This document shows positions 44,903 through 54,667 of a DNA stretch of 64,000 nucleotides, piece after piece. Numbering within the stretch: the first letter of the stretch is position 1; the number at the start of each line of letters is the position of its first letter. Source of the DNA: Escherichia phage Ec_Makalu_002; sequence record MN709127.1. One strand, 5' to 3'. A program made the translations under genes and the position numbers. The notes beneath the pieces are model-generated. The model did no database searches and was not told the origin of the DNA. It saw only the letters and a list, made by a program, of their open reading frames with translations.

Positions 44903-45877
44903 TTACATCGCTAACAGAGAATCCAGGTCATCCAGATCAGAAGCGGAGGAAGTACCGCCACCCAGGTCCAGAGATGCCATCAGGTCATCAGCGGAAGAAT
45001 CTAACGCCGTGCTAGCTGCGTTAATACCAACTACAGTGCTAGCTGCGGTAGTACCAGCGTCGAATGCATTCATCTGTGCGTCAAAATCATCAAGCTGGCT
45101 GTTAATCGCTGCCGCAGCACTGGAAGCCGCAGCACCAGCTACCATAGAAACGCCCATAGTTTTCTTAAATTTGGTTTCCAGTTCATCGAACGGTTTAAAC
45201 TGGCTAGGCGCTACAATCTCACTCAGATCAACCATGTTTTCCATCAGATATTTCTGATATGCTTCGTCTTCAATTTTCGGAAGCTGTGATTGCTGCATGA
45301 AACGAGAATCATCATAGTTCTGGTGTTTATCAACCTTCTTAGCTTTCAGGAGGAAGTTAGCACCGGAGAACACACAAGTTACATCTACCGGAACTTCGCC
45401 CATGTCGGTATTCACGTTAACCATCGCAACGATCTTATCATAAATTTTCTGACCGAAGCGGAATTTAAATACCTTACCTTCGTTTTCTGGTGCTTGAGGA
45501 TCTTTCAGTACCAGAATGTTTGCGTAGTAAGACGCTTTACGCTTAATCAGTTGCCATTCGGTTTTATCGGTATTGTACAAATCTTTTTCGTTAATATATT
45601 TGCACACAGGGCAAGAATCAAAATCACCGTGGGTGCTGGAGCAGTTTTCCCAATACCATTTTCCATTAACTTTGAAGGAATGGTTTACCAGTTTCACAAT
45701 CGGCAGACCGTCTTCTGTCTTAGACGGCAGGAAGCGAATCAGGGCTTCACCGTTACCTGCTGCATCAGTCTTAATCTTCCACTCTTTCGGGTCTTCTTTG
45801 GAGAAACCGTTGCCACCTTTCAGTGCGGCCAGTTGAGCTTGCAGTTTGGAAGAATCTTGACGACGGAACATGTTCAT
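44903..45877 (-). CDS. 32: single-stranded DNA-binding protein gp32
   Basis: Strong match to T4 gp32 ([34 protein letters not shown]) with an acidic Ser/Ala-rich tail. Confidence 0.95.
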   Translation of the reverse strand: MNMFRRQDSSKLQAQLAALKGGNGFSKEDPKEWKIKTDAAGNGEALIRFLPSKTEDGLPIVKLVNHSFKVNGKWYWENCSSTHGDFDSCPVCKYINEKDLYNTDKTEWQLIKRKASYYANILVLKDPQAPENEGKVFKFRFGQKIYDKIVAMVNVNTDMGEVPVDVTCVFSGANFLLKAKKVDKHQNYDDSRFMQQSQLPKIEDEAYQKYLMENMVDLSEIVAPSQFKPFDELETKFKKTMGVSMVAGAAASSAAAAINSQLDDFDAQMNAFDAGTTAASTVVGINAASTALDSSADDLMASLDLGGGTSSASDLDDLDSLLAM

Positions 45878-45937
45878 AATTATACCTCTTTATATATTAA
45901 CTATTGATTAATTTACGTTTTATACTATATCAGATAC

Positions 45938-46534
45938 TTAATTGCTTGTCAATATTTTATCAATTATATCTAACAGTTTTGGTTTTCTATTTTCAAATTC
46001 TAACATCTCTTCGGGAGAAATGTCAACTACTTCTGTTTTGTTGAAAAAGTTTGGGTCTATAGCATCAGCAACAAAGTTTCTCGCAAGTGCTGCCGCTTTC
46101 TCATGAACATATATTCCCAAATATATCAACTTCTTTCTTTCGACCTGAATATTGGCAACATATTTACCATCTCGTTTATAAAGACTAACGCCGATATATT
46201 CAGATGATCGACCTTTCTGTTTACCCATATTTCTTGAGTTTTGTTGCTCGTTCGCATCTCTCAAGTTTTCAATCCGATTATCTGTTATAATTCGGTTAAT
46301 ATGGTCAACGTATTTTGGCATGTATCCATGATGCATAAAGAAAATTATTCTATGCTCCTTATGATGTTTACCATCGATACACACCAATCTGTATCCATGA
46401 CTAGGATTAACTCCACCCGCTCTAGATCCGACTTTATGCTTTCTGTTTGTCGATATCTTGCGAATCAGCTTACCGTTATCATATTTAAAGAGTTCATGAC
46501 AACGGGCATACAATTCAGGATCATATGTTTTCAC
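45938..46534 (-). CDS. HNH homing-endonuclease-like protein with AP2-type DNA-binding domain
   Basis: His-Me finger motif YVDHINRIITDNRIENL, then EYIGVS...KLIYLGIY...AAALARNF. Confidence 0.65.
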   Translation of the reverse strand: MKTYDPELYARCHELFKYDNGKLIRKISTNRKHKVGSRAGGVNPSHGYRLVCIDGKHHKEHRIIFFMHHGYMPKYVDHINRIITDNRIENLRDANEQQNSRNMGKQKGRSSEYIGVSLYKRDGKYVANIQVERKKLIYLGIYVHEKAAALARNFVADAIDPNFFNKTEVVDISPEEMLEFENRKPKLLDIIDKILTSN

Positions 46535-47198
46535 CTTTTAACCTCGATATTTCTTTACACTCTTTAACTACTTTAACAAATAATGCTCTTGCTTTTGTGG
46601 CGTCAATAACAAGTAGTTTCTTGTACGCCTTCATTTTAACACTATAAGTTTGCCAAATCAAGTCTTTGGCTACCTTGTCGTGTTCGTCGATTATATTTAG
46701 AAAGCTATCTAACAACATAAACGACTCAAACGATATAATCCGATTTTGCAGTAGTTTAAAGATACCGCTAGTTTCGGTTGCGGGATTGTATGTAATTAGC
46801 TCTTTAAGAGTAACCCCGCGTTTCTCTGAGAAATATACAAGACTTTTAATGTCATCGTCAAATCGTGTTGCCGCATCGGTTATCTTTCCTATGTATTCCA
46901 TATAAAAGCCGTATGCGTCAACATCAGTGATTTCACCTACCCATGCATCGGTATTAGCTACCAGATTGCTTAGGAATAGGAAGTATAATTCTCTTAGATT
47001 GTACTTTTCCGCTAATTTCGCGAAATAATACTTATCTCTGCGTTTATTGAATGCGGCATCAGATAACCGCATCCTCCAATTGTATTTTACGCAATCATAA
47101 CGCCCGTTCATATGAGCTTTCATCATGCAATATAACATATACACAGATTTAGCATTAATTCGCATATCTGGATCTGGAGGAAGACGGTTTCTGATCAT
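46521..47198 (-). CDS. 59: helicase loader gp59
   Basis: 225 aa; aligns with T4 gp59 (GKSVY.LY.M...HMNG.YD..KYNW.MR.SDAA). Confidence 0.92.
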   Translation of the reverse strand: MIRNRLPPDPDMRINAKSVYMLYCMMKAHMNGRYDCVKYNWRMRLSDAAFNKRRDKYYFAKLAEKYNLRELYFLFLSNLVANTDAWVGEITDVDAYGFYMEYIGKITDAATRFDDDIKSLVYFSEKRGVTLKELITYNPATETSGIFKLLQNRIISFESFMLLDSFLNIIDEHDKVAKDLIWQTYSVKMKAYKKLLVIDATKARALFVKVVKECKEISRLKGENI

Positions 47199-47207
47199 AC
47201 ATACCCC

Positions 47208-47477
47208 TTAAATATCGAGAGTGTTGGTCGGTTCGTCGATCACTCCCTTCCTGAGCGTTCTATTTACTATACATTCTTGTGTGATCTTGTCAATAATGGA
47301 CACCGGAATATACTTCTGATAGTGACCATATTCGATAGAGTTTTCCTCTACAAACTGAGTGGTCGCTTCAAGATAAGTCAATCCCTCTTCAACAACCAGT
47401 TTTTCGATTGCAAGACCGTTTGCTGTTTTGTTCGCGGCTTTTACCGCATGTTCATTAAGCATTGAACACCCGATCAT
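47208..47477 (-). CDS. 33: late-transcription accessory protein gp33 (by synteny)
   Basis: 89 aa between 59 and dsbA; C-terminal ...TNTLDI fits a clamp-binding tail. Confidence 0.55.
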   Translation of the reverse strand: MIGCSMLNEHAVKAANKTANGLAIEKLVVEEGLTYLEATTQFVEENSIEYGHYQKYIPVSIIDKITQECIVNRTLRKGVIDEPTNTLDI

Positions 47478-47730
47478 AGAGTTCTACCGCTTCGTCGCGT
47501 TCTGCTTCGAAGGTTTCGCGCTGTTGCTGGTGATATAGTTTAAACAGAATACCCCACATTTTACCATCTACGCCTAATTCTTCTTTAGCACGCTGTTTGA
47601 TCTCTTTGATCTTATCGCCATATGCTTCTTGAATGGTTTTCTGATCGCTGGCTTCTTTAATCAGTTGTGCCAGTGTATTTCCGTGTACTGCTTCATCAAA
47701 TACTACTTTTTCTTTTTTCTGTTCAGTCAT
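47455..47730 (-). CDS. dsbA: DsbA dsDNA-binding protein (by synteny)
   Basis: 91 aa, charged helical; T4 position between 33 and rnh. Confidence 0.55.
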   Translation of the reverse strand: MTEQKKEKVVFDEAVHGNTLAQLIKEASDQKTIQEAYGDKIKEIKQRAKEELGVDGKMWGILFKLYHQQQRETFEAERDEAVELYDRVFNA

Positions 47731-47734
47731 AATA

Positions 47735-48331
47735 TTAACCCTCTTTAGTCATTAATTGAAAACCACGTTCAGCTTTTGAGATTTCGCTAGGACTTAAATC
47801 GTCACCCACATATTCTAGCATCATTTCTCGGATAATGTCAAGTGCTTTTTCATCACCTGATTTTAACTCGAACTCAAGTTCATAGTGAGCCTCTCCCATT
47901 CTTTCGCCGACTTTGCAATAATAGAAAGTGTCTTTGCACATTTCCACTATAGCACCCTCAAGGTCAAGTGTCAATGACTTGCGGTATGTCATTACTTGCA
48001 ATAAAGGAACGATAAGGTCGGAGTTTACGCCTAGACTATCAACATAATGATAGAAATCATCCATTGTTGAAAAAGTGATTTCTTCTCGGTTGAATAGTCC
48101 AGATTCACTATCACCTATTTTGACCATGATCAATGATCTATTAACGTCAAGTCGAGCATAAATTCCTTTTCGACGCAGTGCATGATCTTCGGTATCATAA
48201 TAAAATTCGTGTTTTAGTGTGTTAGCATGATCTACGATATTGTACCCGTCATACATTGCTACCAACAAATCACAGATTGTTTCGACGCCAATTTGTGAGT
48301 GTGCATAGTATTTTAATTCAAGTTCTTTCAT
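47735..48331 (-). CDS. CYTH-like (triphosphate tunnel metalloenzyme) protein
   Basis: N-terminal ELELKY, central R-x-R (ALRRKGIYARLDVNR), C-terminal YELEFELK; 198 aa. Confidence 0.5.
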   Translation of the reverse strand: MKELELKYYAHSQIGVETICDLLVAMYDGYNIVDHANTLKHEFYYDTEDHALRRKGIYARLDVNRSLIMVKIGDSESGLFNREEITFSTMDDFYHYVDSLGVNSDLIVPLLQVMTYRKSLTLDLEGAIVEMCKDTFYYCKVGERMGEAHYELEFELKSGDEKALDIIREMMLEYVGDDLSPSEISKAERGFQLMTKEG

Positions 48332-48341
48332 ATGTCAACCC

Positions 48342-49289
48342 TTAGAACTCACCAATTTTCTGCAACATTTTAACTAACGCATTTGTTACAAAATAGTTAT
48401 AAATTTTACCGCGTGGTGCTGGTTTAGATTTCTCCCATGCTAACAAAATTTCATATTCGATGTTATCAGGAATAAATTCAAAATCAATAAGTTCGCGGTT
48501 TTCGTCAAAGCGTCGTGCTTCTTCCTCTGTCATCAAAGACTTTGGATCTTCGGCATCGAAAATTTGCTCTAACCATTTGGTTGCAATTGGTTTAGCTCGT
48601 TCCCCTTCCAGTCGTGAGATAATGAAATCACTACGGCACTTGATAGAAGCTACACCGTCTTTTGCGTCACCCTTAACACATTTTACCATAAGGTCTTTGT
48701 AAGGACTACCATATTTGCATTTCTTCCATGCTTTCTGTACTGGTGCCCACTGTTTCACATTTTTGTATTTGTGCAACTGTGTGTAGTCACCATCGCCGGA
48801 GTTGATTAGCACTTGGCGACCTTCTACAGAAAACTTTTTAGTTAACACAGCGATTATATCATCCGCTTCAACTTTGTCAACCTTAATAACGTGATAAGGC
48901 ATGTTCTCTTTAAACTCTTCGGTGATCTTATTGATCGCAGCAAAGATCATATCCCAATCACGCGGATCTGCGTCTCGTTTTTCCTTACGGTTGCGTTTAT
49001 AGTAAGGTGCGATATCACGTCGCCAGTAACCTTTGCTTGAATCAAAGGCAAGTACCGTAATTGGGTATTGCTCTTTGAATTTTGTCATATTATAACGCAT
49101 GGTGTCAAGAATAAGATGACGGATCATACCTTCACTAATAGGATCTTCCGGTTTAAAGGTATGCGAGATAGTAGCAATCATAAGCTGCGACATATCAATC
49201 AAATGCACACCTTCCGGTAGTTTATCTTCTGGATCATCGAAGAAATCATTAAGTGTAGCGGTCGTTTTTGTAAACGGGTTATACGTCAT
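48342..49289 (-). CDS. rnh: RNase H / 5'-3' flap exonuclease
   Basis: 315 aa; aligns with T4 RNase H (GYWRRD, KVDKVEADDIIAVL, FTQLHKY.NVKQW). Confidence 0.92.
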   Translation of the reverse strand: MTYNPFTKTTATLNDFFDDPEDKLPEGVHLIDMSQLMIATISHTFKPEDPISEGMIRHLILDTMRYNMTKFKEQYPITVLAFDSSKGYWRRDIAPYYKRNRKEKRDADPRDWDMIFAAINKITEEFKENMPYHVIKVDKVEADDIIAVLTKKFSVEGRQVLINSGDGDYTQLHKYKNVKQWAPVQKAWKKCKYGSPYKDLMVKCVKGDAKDGVASIKCRSDFIISRLEGERAKPIATKWLEQIFDAEDPKSLMTEEEARRFDENRELIDFEFIPDNIEYEILLAWEKSKPAPRGKIYNYFVTNALVKMLQKIGEF

Positions 49290-49291
49290 AA

Positions 49292-49477
49292 TTAAGTTCT
49301 CTCCACTCTCACAACAACAGACTCATCAAACGAGTTAGATACTTCACGGTCATACCCGTATTTCTCCATAACTCGCAGAATTGCATTGTTTAATTCGGCA
49401 CGGAAATAATTATAATCCTTATCAGGGATTCTGTCAACTACCCATTTTGCACCTTCTGACAAATCAACTTTAACCAT
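49292..49477 (-). CDS. hypothetical protein (61 aa)
   Basis: Track ORF directly upstream of rnh. Confidence 0.45.
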   Translation of the reverse strand: MVKVDLSEGAKWVVDRIPDKDYNYFRAELNNAILRVMEKYGYDREVSNSFDESVVVRVERT

Positions 49478-49515
49478 AATATATCATCCTCTTTTGTTTC
49501 TATCAAGCCTCATTT

Positions 49516-49523
49516 TATAAATA
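49516..49523 (+). promoter_or_regulatory. late promoter TATAAATA for gene 34
   Basis: TATAAATA about 28 nt upstream of the ATG at 49552. Confidence 0.6.
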
Positions 49524-49551
49524 TGAACATACTATAAAAGGAGACCCAATA

Positions 49552-52500
49552 ATGGCAGATTTTTCTCAACATTTCAAGGCCACATTTGGCTTTGACGCTG
49601 GTAATGAAAAGGTCGTCAATGTAGCATTGGCTGATAAAAACACATCAACGGATGCGGTCAACGTTGAGTTTTTCAATTACCATAATGGTATTACTCAGTA
49701 TGACACAACTCGCGGTTATGATCAATACGGAACTACAATCTATCAAAACCGTCCGTATTATGCAAAAGAAGATATCACAAAGCCAGCAGGTGATTTTGAC
49801 CCGACTAAATGGCAAGCACTGCGCACGGACCCACGTTGGGATTATATTGCAGCAACTTCCGGTGATACTCCTTTAAAGTCTGGTGATTATATCGCAGCAG
49901 ATGGTCAATTTGCAAACTTGACTTTCTCTATGCCAACTAAACCAGCAGAGGGAGACACTATAACAGTAAAAGATATCGGTGGCAAGTGTGGTGTTAACGA
50001 ATTATCGTTCTTGAGTTCAGGACATGAGTTTTACCATAACGGTAATGTGTATAACCGAAAATGGTATTGCACTACCCCGTATGCAATGAACTATTTCATC
50101 TTTGTTCGTAATCGTTGGCATGTTTATCAGACAGGAACAGAGCCACGCGGTGTGTACGCACAGCCAGCGATTGATGCTATTCAAATGCAGAATGGTGATC
50201 AGGTATTTCGTCGTAGTTCTTTGGGTAATATTACCTTAGTGCTTCCTAAGTTTGCCAACAATGGCGACATGATCCAGACTACAGACCTTGACGGATTAAC
50301 CGTAACCAACCACGTTACGGTTAAAGTTCATGAGCACGCAGAAGAACAATCAATTGGCACGTCCGGTCTAAAAGAGATTATCGGTAAGCGTAGCGGTCAT
50401 GGTGTATTCATCTTTGACAAGACGGAAAACTTATGGCGTTTGTGGGATGGTGATCAGTCTGTTCGTCTTAAACCGATCATCGATGACACTCGCTTGCAAC
50501 CTAATAGCTATGTTGCCGTATTTGGTGATCGTGATGTTACTCTGACGCTGCCGACCAATGTCGAGCCGGGTGATCGTATTCAAGTTTCTATGCAGTATAT
50601 GCACGGAAACCAGAATTGCCGTATTATCACCGCCACAGAGGATACAAAAATCCTCATGTCGAAAAACATGGTTCAGTTTCCGAAGCGTAGCGAGTACCCA
50701 TTCAACGGGACCGACACATGGAAGGAAGTGTCTGAATTGTCGTTCAATGCGGCTAGTGATTATGTACCTTATCTGGAGTTCTCTTATTCAGAAGGTGATG
50801 ATGGTAAGAAACATTGGCTGGTAGCACACTCTCATCCGATCGTCGAACGAGTAGACCCTACTCGTAAAGATCGTGTTGGTGTCATTGCACTGGCTACCCA
50901 GACTGAAACGAATAAAAACCATGAAGAGAATCCTAGCGACGAAGTTGCCGTAACACCAAAAATGCTGGCTAATAAAACAGCCAACGAAACTCGACGCGGT
51001 ATTGCTCGTATTGCTACTCAGGCGGAAACGCATCAAGATACTGGTTCCAGCTTCCTGGATGATGTTATCGTTACACCTAAAAAGTTAAATGACTGTGTTG
51101 CTACCGAAGCCCGTCGTGGTGTGATGGAAATTGCAACCCAGCACGAAACCAATGAAGGTTTAGACGATACACGCGCTATTACTCCTAAGAAATTAGAAGA
51201 ACGTCGCGCTTCCGAAGACCTCGCTGGTATTGCTGAAATTGTTCAGGTAGGCGGTCGTGCTGCCGCTCGACGTGGTGAAGCTGGTACAGGGATCTATAAC
51301 ATCAATGACCATGCTAAAATTGTTACACCACAAAACATCAACGAGGTCAAGGCGACCGAAACTTCCCGTGGTGTTGGCTATCTGGCAACTGACGCGGAAG
51401 TGCAAGGGGCTACAGAATCAACACCGCAAGATGCTTTACTAATCACGACTCGCACGCTAACGAAACGTACTGCTACCGAATCGCGCACTGGTATCGCTGA
51501 AATTGCAACTCAGGAAGAAACAAACTTAGGTCAAAGTGATAACCATATCATCACGCCTAAAAAGCTGCATACTCGCCGTGCGACGGAAACTCTACACGGT
51601 TTAGCAGAAATTGCAACTCAGCCGGAATTTGACGCAGGTCTTGACGATGCTCGCATTTCTACCCCATTGAAGATTAAAACCTTCTTTGAGAATGCACAGC
51701 GTTTGAAAGTAGATCCGACTCAGGGGCTTAACCTTACTGGTGATTTGTGGCAAGGTATCATGATCAGCGGTCTGGACGCAACCGAAGACACAAAAGGTGT
51801 CGCTAAAGTTGCTACTACTCAGCTTACTGACGCTGGTCAAGATGATACTACAATCATCACGCCTAAAAAGCTGCAAGGCAAAAAGGCCACCGAAGGTAAA
51901 GAAGGTATTATCCGAGTTGGTACTCAAGCCGAAACCGTGGCTGGTACACTGGCTAATGTAGCAATTTCTCCGAAGAACTTCAAATATGTTGTTCAGACAG
52001 AGGATACATGGAAAGCAACCGAAGCTCGTCGTGGTTTCTTGAAAGTTGCTACTCAGGAAAACTGTTTTGTTGGTGACAATCTGCAAGGTTCTACTCAAGA
52101 ACTAGGAAACTACCAGCATGACGGAATTGCTGTTACTCCGAAAGGATTAAACTACGCACTTGCTAATTTCTTGCCTAAGATGGCAACCGCTCAGAATAGT
52201 TTGAAATTGGGTAACGTAGAGGCCGCTAAATGGGCGCGTAGAGACATTGACCAGACCATAGAGAGCAATTACACGTTTAATAAAAACGTTAACGTGAAGG
52301 GCGATTTAGAGTGCTTAAAATCAGGTTCCTTTGAAACTCTGTATGTGACTAAGAACTCTACTGATGATCCGAGTAATGGTCATCTGGTGTTGGGTGAGCG
52401 TGGAGTTGACGGTCACACCGGAATTACTCTGCATGGCACAACCGCATCGGAAGGCATGAAAAACTCCTGGTCTATTATCGTTGGTGGTACTGGAACGGCG

Positions 52501-53292
52501 CAAGCAGTTAATAGTGGCGCTATCGCTTTCGGTCAAATCAATGATGGTGGAGTCGTCGAGCATTACGCCTTTGCTATGGAACACAATGGCGACGCGACAG
52601 CATATAGAGACTTTATTGCAGGTCGTAACCTGTATGCGAAACAAGGCGGTTTATACATTGTTGACCAGTCTAATCCGGCAATGACTCGTTCCCCAGATGG
52701 TATGCTGAATATCGGTCACGGTGGAAGTGTTAACATCAAGGCAGGTTCTCAAACGTTAACTACAGAGATCGCCGGACAGAAATATCAGATCGTACACGCA
52801 GGAAACGCCGACGAAGTTCTTAACCGTCGGTTTGTTAAGAATGCTGGCGATACAATGGTCGGTAAGCTGACTATGGATAATGCGCCTATTGTTTCTGTTA
52901 AACATGAAGCTAGCGCGGCAACCGCTCCGGCAATTGGTAACATCGGTTTCTGGAATATGCGAGTTACTACCCAGAACATCAAAGAAACTTATCCAGAGAA
53001 GAAAAACGGTACTCTGATGCAATGGGGTACTGACGCGGACGGGCTTACCCAGCTTTGGTCCCCTGATGGTACTCATAAACATTATATCCGTTCCGGTACT
53101 GGTGGTCAATGGACCGCATGGGGTGAAATTTACACCAAACAGAATAAGCCTACCGCTCAGGAAATCGGGGCGGTAGTTGCAGAAGGTGGTTTAATGAACT
53201 CTATGACGGTTCGTGATTGGATTAAAGTTGGTAATGTTAAAATCATCGCCAATAATCTGACTCGTACCGTAGACTTTATCTGGGAAGACTAA
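49552..53292 (+). CDS. 34: long tail fiber proximal subunit gp34
   Basis: 1246 aa; T4 gp34-like N-terminus and repeated TPKKL..ATE..G.AEIATQ segments. Confidence 0.92.
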   Translation: MADFSQHFKATFGFDAGNEKVVNVALADKNTSTDAVNVEFFNYHNGITQYDTTRGYDQYGTTIYQNRPYYAKEDITKPAGDFDPTKWQALRTDPRWDYIAATSGDTPLKSGDYIAADGQFANLTFSMPTKPAEGDTITVKDIGGKCGVNELSFLSSGHEFYHNGNVYNRKWYCTTPYAMNYFIFVRNRWHVYQTGTEPRGVYAQPAIDAIQMQNGDQVFRRSSLGNITLVLPKFANNGDMIQTTDLDGLTVTNHVTVKVHEHAEEQSIGTSGLKEIIGKRSGHGVFIFDKTENLWRLWDGDQSVRLKPIIDDTRLQPNSYVAVFGDRDVTLTLPTNVEPGDRIQVSMQYMHGNQNCRIITATEDTKILMSKNMVQFPKRSEYPFNGTDTWKEVSELSFNAASDYVPYLEFSYSEGDDGKKHWLVAHSHPIVERVDPTRKDRVGVIALATQTETNKNHEENPSDEVAVTPKMLANKTANETRRGIARIATQAETHQDTGSSFLDDVIVTPKKLNDCVATEARRGVMEIATQHETNEGLDDTRAITPKKLEERRASEDLAGIAEIVQVGGRAAARRGEAGTGIYNINDHAKIVTPQNINEVKATETSRGVGYLATDAEVQGATESTPQDALLITTRTLTKRTATESRTGIAEIATQEETNLGQSDNHIITPKKLHTRRATETLHGLAEIATQPEFDAGLDDARISTPLKIKTFFENAQRLKVDPTQGLNLTGDLWQGIMISGLDATEDTKGVAKVATTQLTDAGQDDTTIITPKKLQGKKATEGKEGIIRVGTQAETVAGTLANVAISPKNFKYVVQTEDTWKATEARRGFLKVATQENCFVGDNLQGSTQELGNYQHDGIAVTPKGLNYALANFLPKMATAQNSLKLGNVEAAKWARRDIDQTIESNYTFNKNVNVKGDLECLKSGSFETLYVTKNSTDDPSNGHLVLGERGVDGHTGITLHGTTASEGMKNSWSIIVGGTGTAQAVNSGAIAFGQINDGGVVEHYAFAMEHNGDATAYRDFIAGRNLYAKQGGLYIVDQSNPAMTRSPDGMLNIGHGGSVNIKAGSQTLTTEIAGQKYQIVHAGNADEVLNRRFVKNAGDTMVGKLTMDNAPIVSVKHEASAATAPAIGNIGFWNMRVTTQNIKETYPEKKNGTLMQWGTDADGLTQLWSPDGTHKHYIRSGTGGQWTAWGEIYTKQNKPTAQEIGAVVAEGGLMNSMTVRDWIKVGNVKIIANNLTRTVDFIWED

Positions 53293-53325
53293 TTAAAGGG
53301 GGCGAAAGCCCCCTATGGGGTTATT

Positions 53326-54465
53326 ATGACACAAGATATAGAATTACGCAACACTGGAATTAGGTTTGCGCATTTCGATGAGGACTCCGCGACATTTACC
53401 AGCATTTCAGAAAACAACTCTGTGATGTATAAGCTGGAAGTGCGCGGATCTAATGCGGATTCTACCAAACCAGCAAGGATTAGATTTAATGGAGTGGAGA
53501 TCGTTGGCACTGGCTATGAAAATGGCCTAAATTTTAAAGTTCTTACTCCAACTGGACAACTACACGAAGAAAAGGTATTCTATGGTCGCGGTGCTGTTTT
53601 GGCAATGCGTGATTATCTTTCTTTGCTGAAAGGCGACTATATCATTGCGATGGCAACGCATGGAGAATTGTTCGCAGATCCGATAAGTGATGTTGTATTT
53701 TCTAAGATGGGATCTGTATCATTCCCGAATCACATTTTGTTACAGCAAATGCCTCGTGTATCATATGCAGCAATTTATTCTACTAAAATGGGTAAAATTG
53801 TTTGTGAGGGTATGCAAGCGACCCACGGGGAAGGACAAGATTCGTCTATACAAATTGAGAAGGTTTATGATACTATAGATGATCTTGCGATCACAGGAAC
53901 ACCGCAGAGATTTTTAGATTATCCGGTTGAGTATGTTAGCGAAGATGCCGAACATTTCGAGCTAATACAATGGCCTCACGATGAGATCAGCGCCCCACTT
54001 GAGGATTTTAACATAAAGGCAGGTGACAAACTATCAATATCCTTTGAATTGTTCCGTGATAGTGCCGCAGCCGCAGCCAACGTAACAGCGCGTTTCTATC
54101 ACAACTACTTCACCGATGGACAATATAAAACTGGTGTTCGATACAATGCCAGCAAAAAAGATCAATGGGAAAAGTTTGAAGCCGTCTATACCGTACCGGA
54201 AGGAGTTGATAGTGTAGTAACTGGTTGTATCAGATATCCAACCAACTCAAATGAAGGTATTGTTAAAATTAGAAACATACTAATAACGCCGATCAGTGGA
54301 GTCGTCAAAACTACTGGTCCTACTTCATTTGGTGTTAATGGTGTTAGAACAACTCATATTCAGGATAACGGTGATTTTACTAACCCTGTAATGAGTCTTC
54401 TTAAGCTGCCTAGAGACAATAAACATATCACATCCAACAACTTTAAAGAGTTCGATGTTGATTAA
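53326..54465 (+). CDS. 35: long tail fiber hinge protein gp35
   Basis: 379 aa; synteny. Confidence 0.8.
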   Translation: MTQDIELRNTGIRFAHFDEDSATFTSISENNSVMYKLEVRGSNADSTKPARIRFNGVEIVGTGYENGLNFKVLTPTGQLHEEKVFYGRGAVLAMRDYLSLLKGDYIIAMATHGELFADPISDVVFSKMGSVSFPNHILLQQMPRVSYAAIYSTKMGKIVCEGMQATHGEGQDSSIQIEKVYDTIDDLAITGTPQRFLDYPVEYVSEDAEHFELIQWPHDEISAPLEDFNIKAGDKLSISFELFRDSAAAAANVTARFYHNYFTDGQYKTGVRYNASKKDQWEKFEAVYTVPEGVDSVVTGCIRYPTNSNEGIVKIRNILITPISGVVKTTGPTSFGVNGVRTTHIQDNGDFTNPVMSLLKLPRDNKHITSNNFKEFDVD

Positions 54466-54476
54466 CATTTTTTACA

Positions 54477-54506
54477 AGCCGATCCATGTGGTCGGCTTTA
54501 TTTTTA
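54477..54506 (+). terminator. rho-independent terminator after gene 35
   Basis: Hairpin agccgatccatgtggtcggct followed by TTATTTTTAT. Confidence 0.6.
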
Positions 54507-54626
54507 TACAGTTGGTTAAAATGTAACCAAAACGAAGAAAGATCTTTAGAATAATAGAAAATTTGTTTCGGTTAAAAATTAGTCAGTGCCTACGGCACGT
54601 CGCGAAGCGATATTTTGTTAACATTC

Positions 54627-54634
54627 TATAAATA
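54627..54634 (+). promoter_or_regulatory. late promoter TATAAATA for gene 36
   Basis: TATAAATA about 33 nt upstream of the ATG at 54668. Confidence 0.6.
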
Positions 54635-54667
54635 CTCGGAACTATAACTAATTTTTGAGGTTACTTT

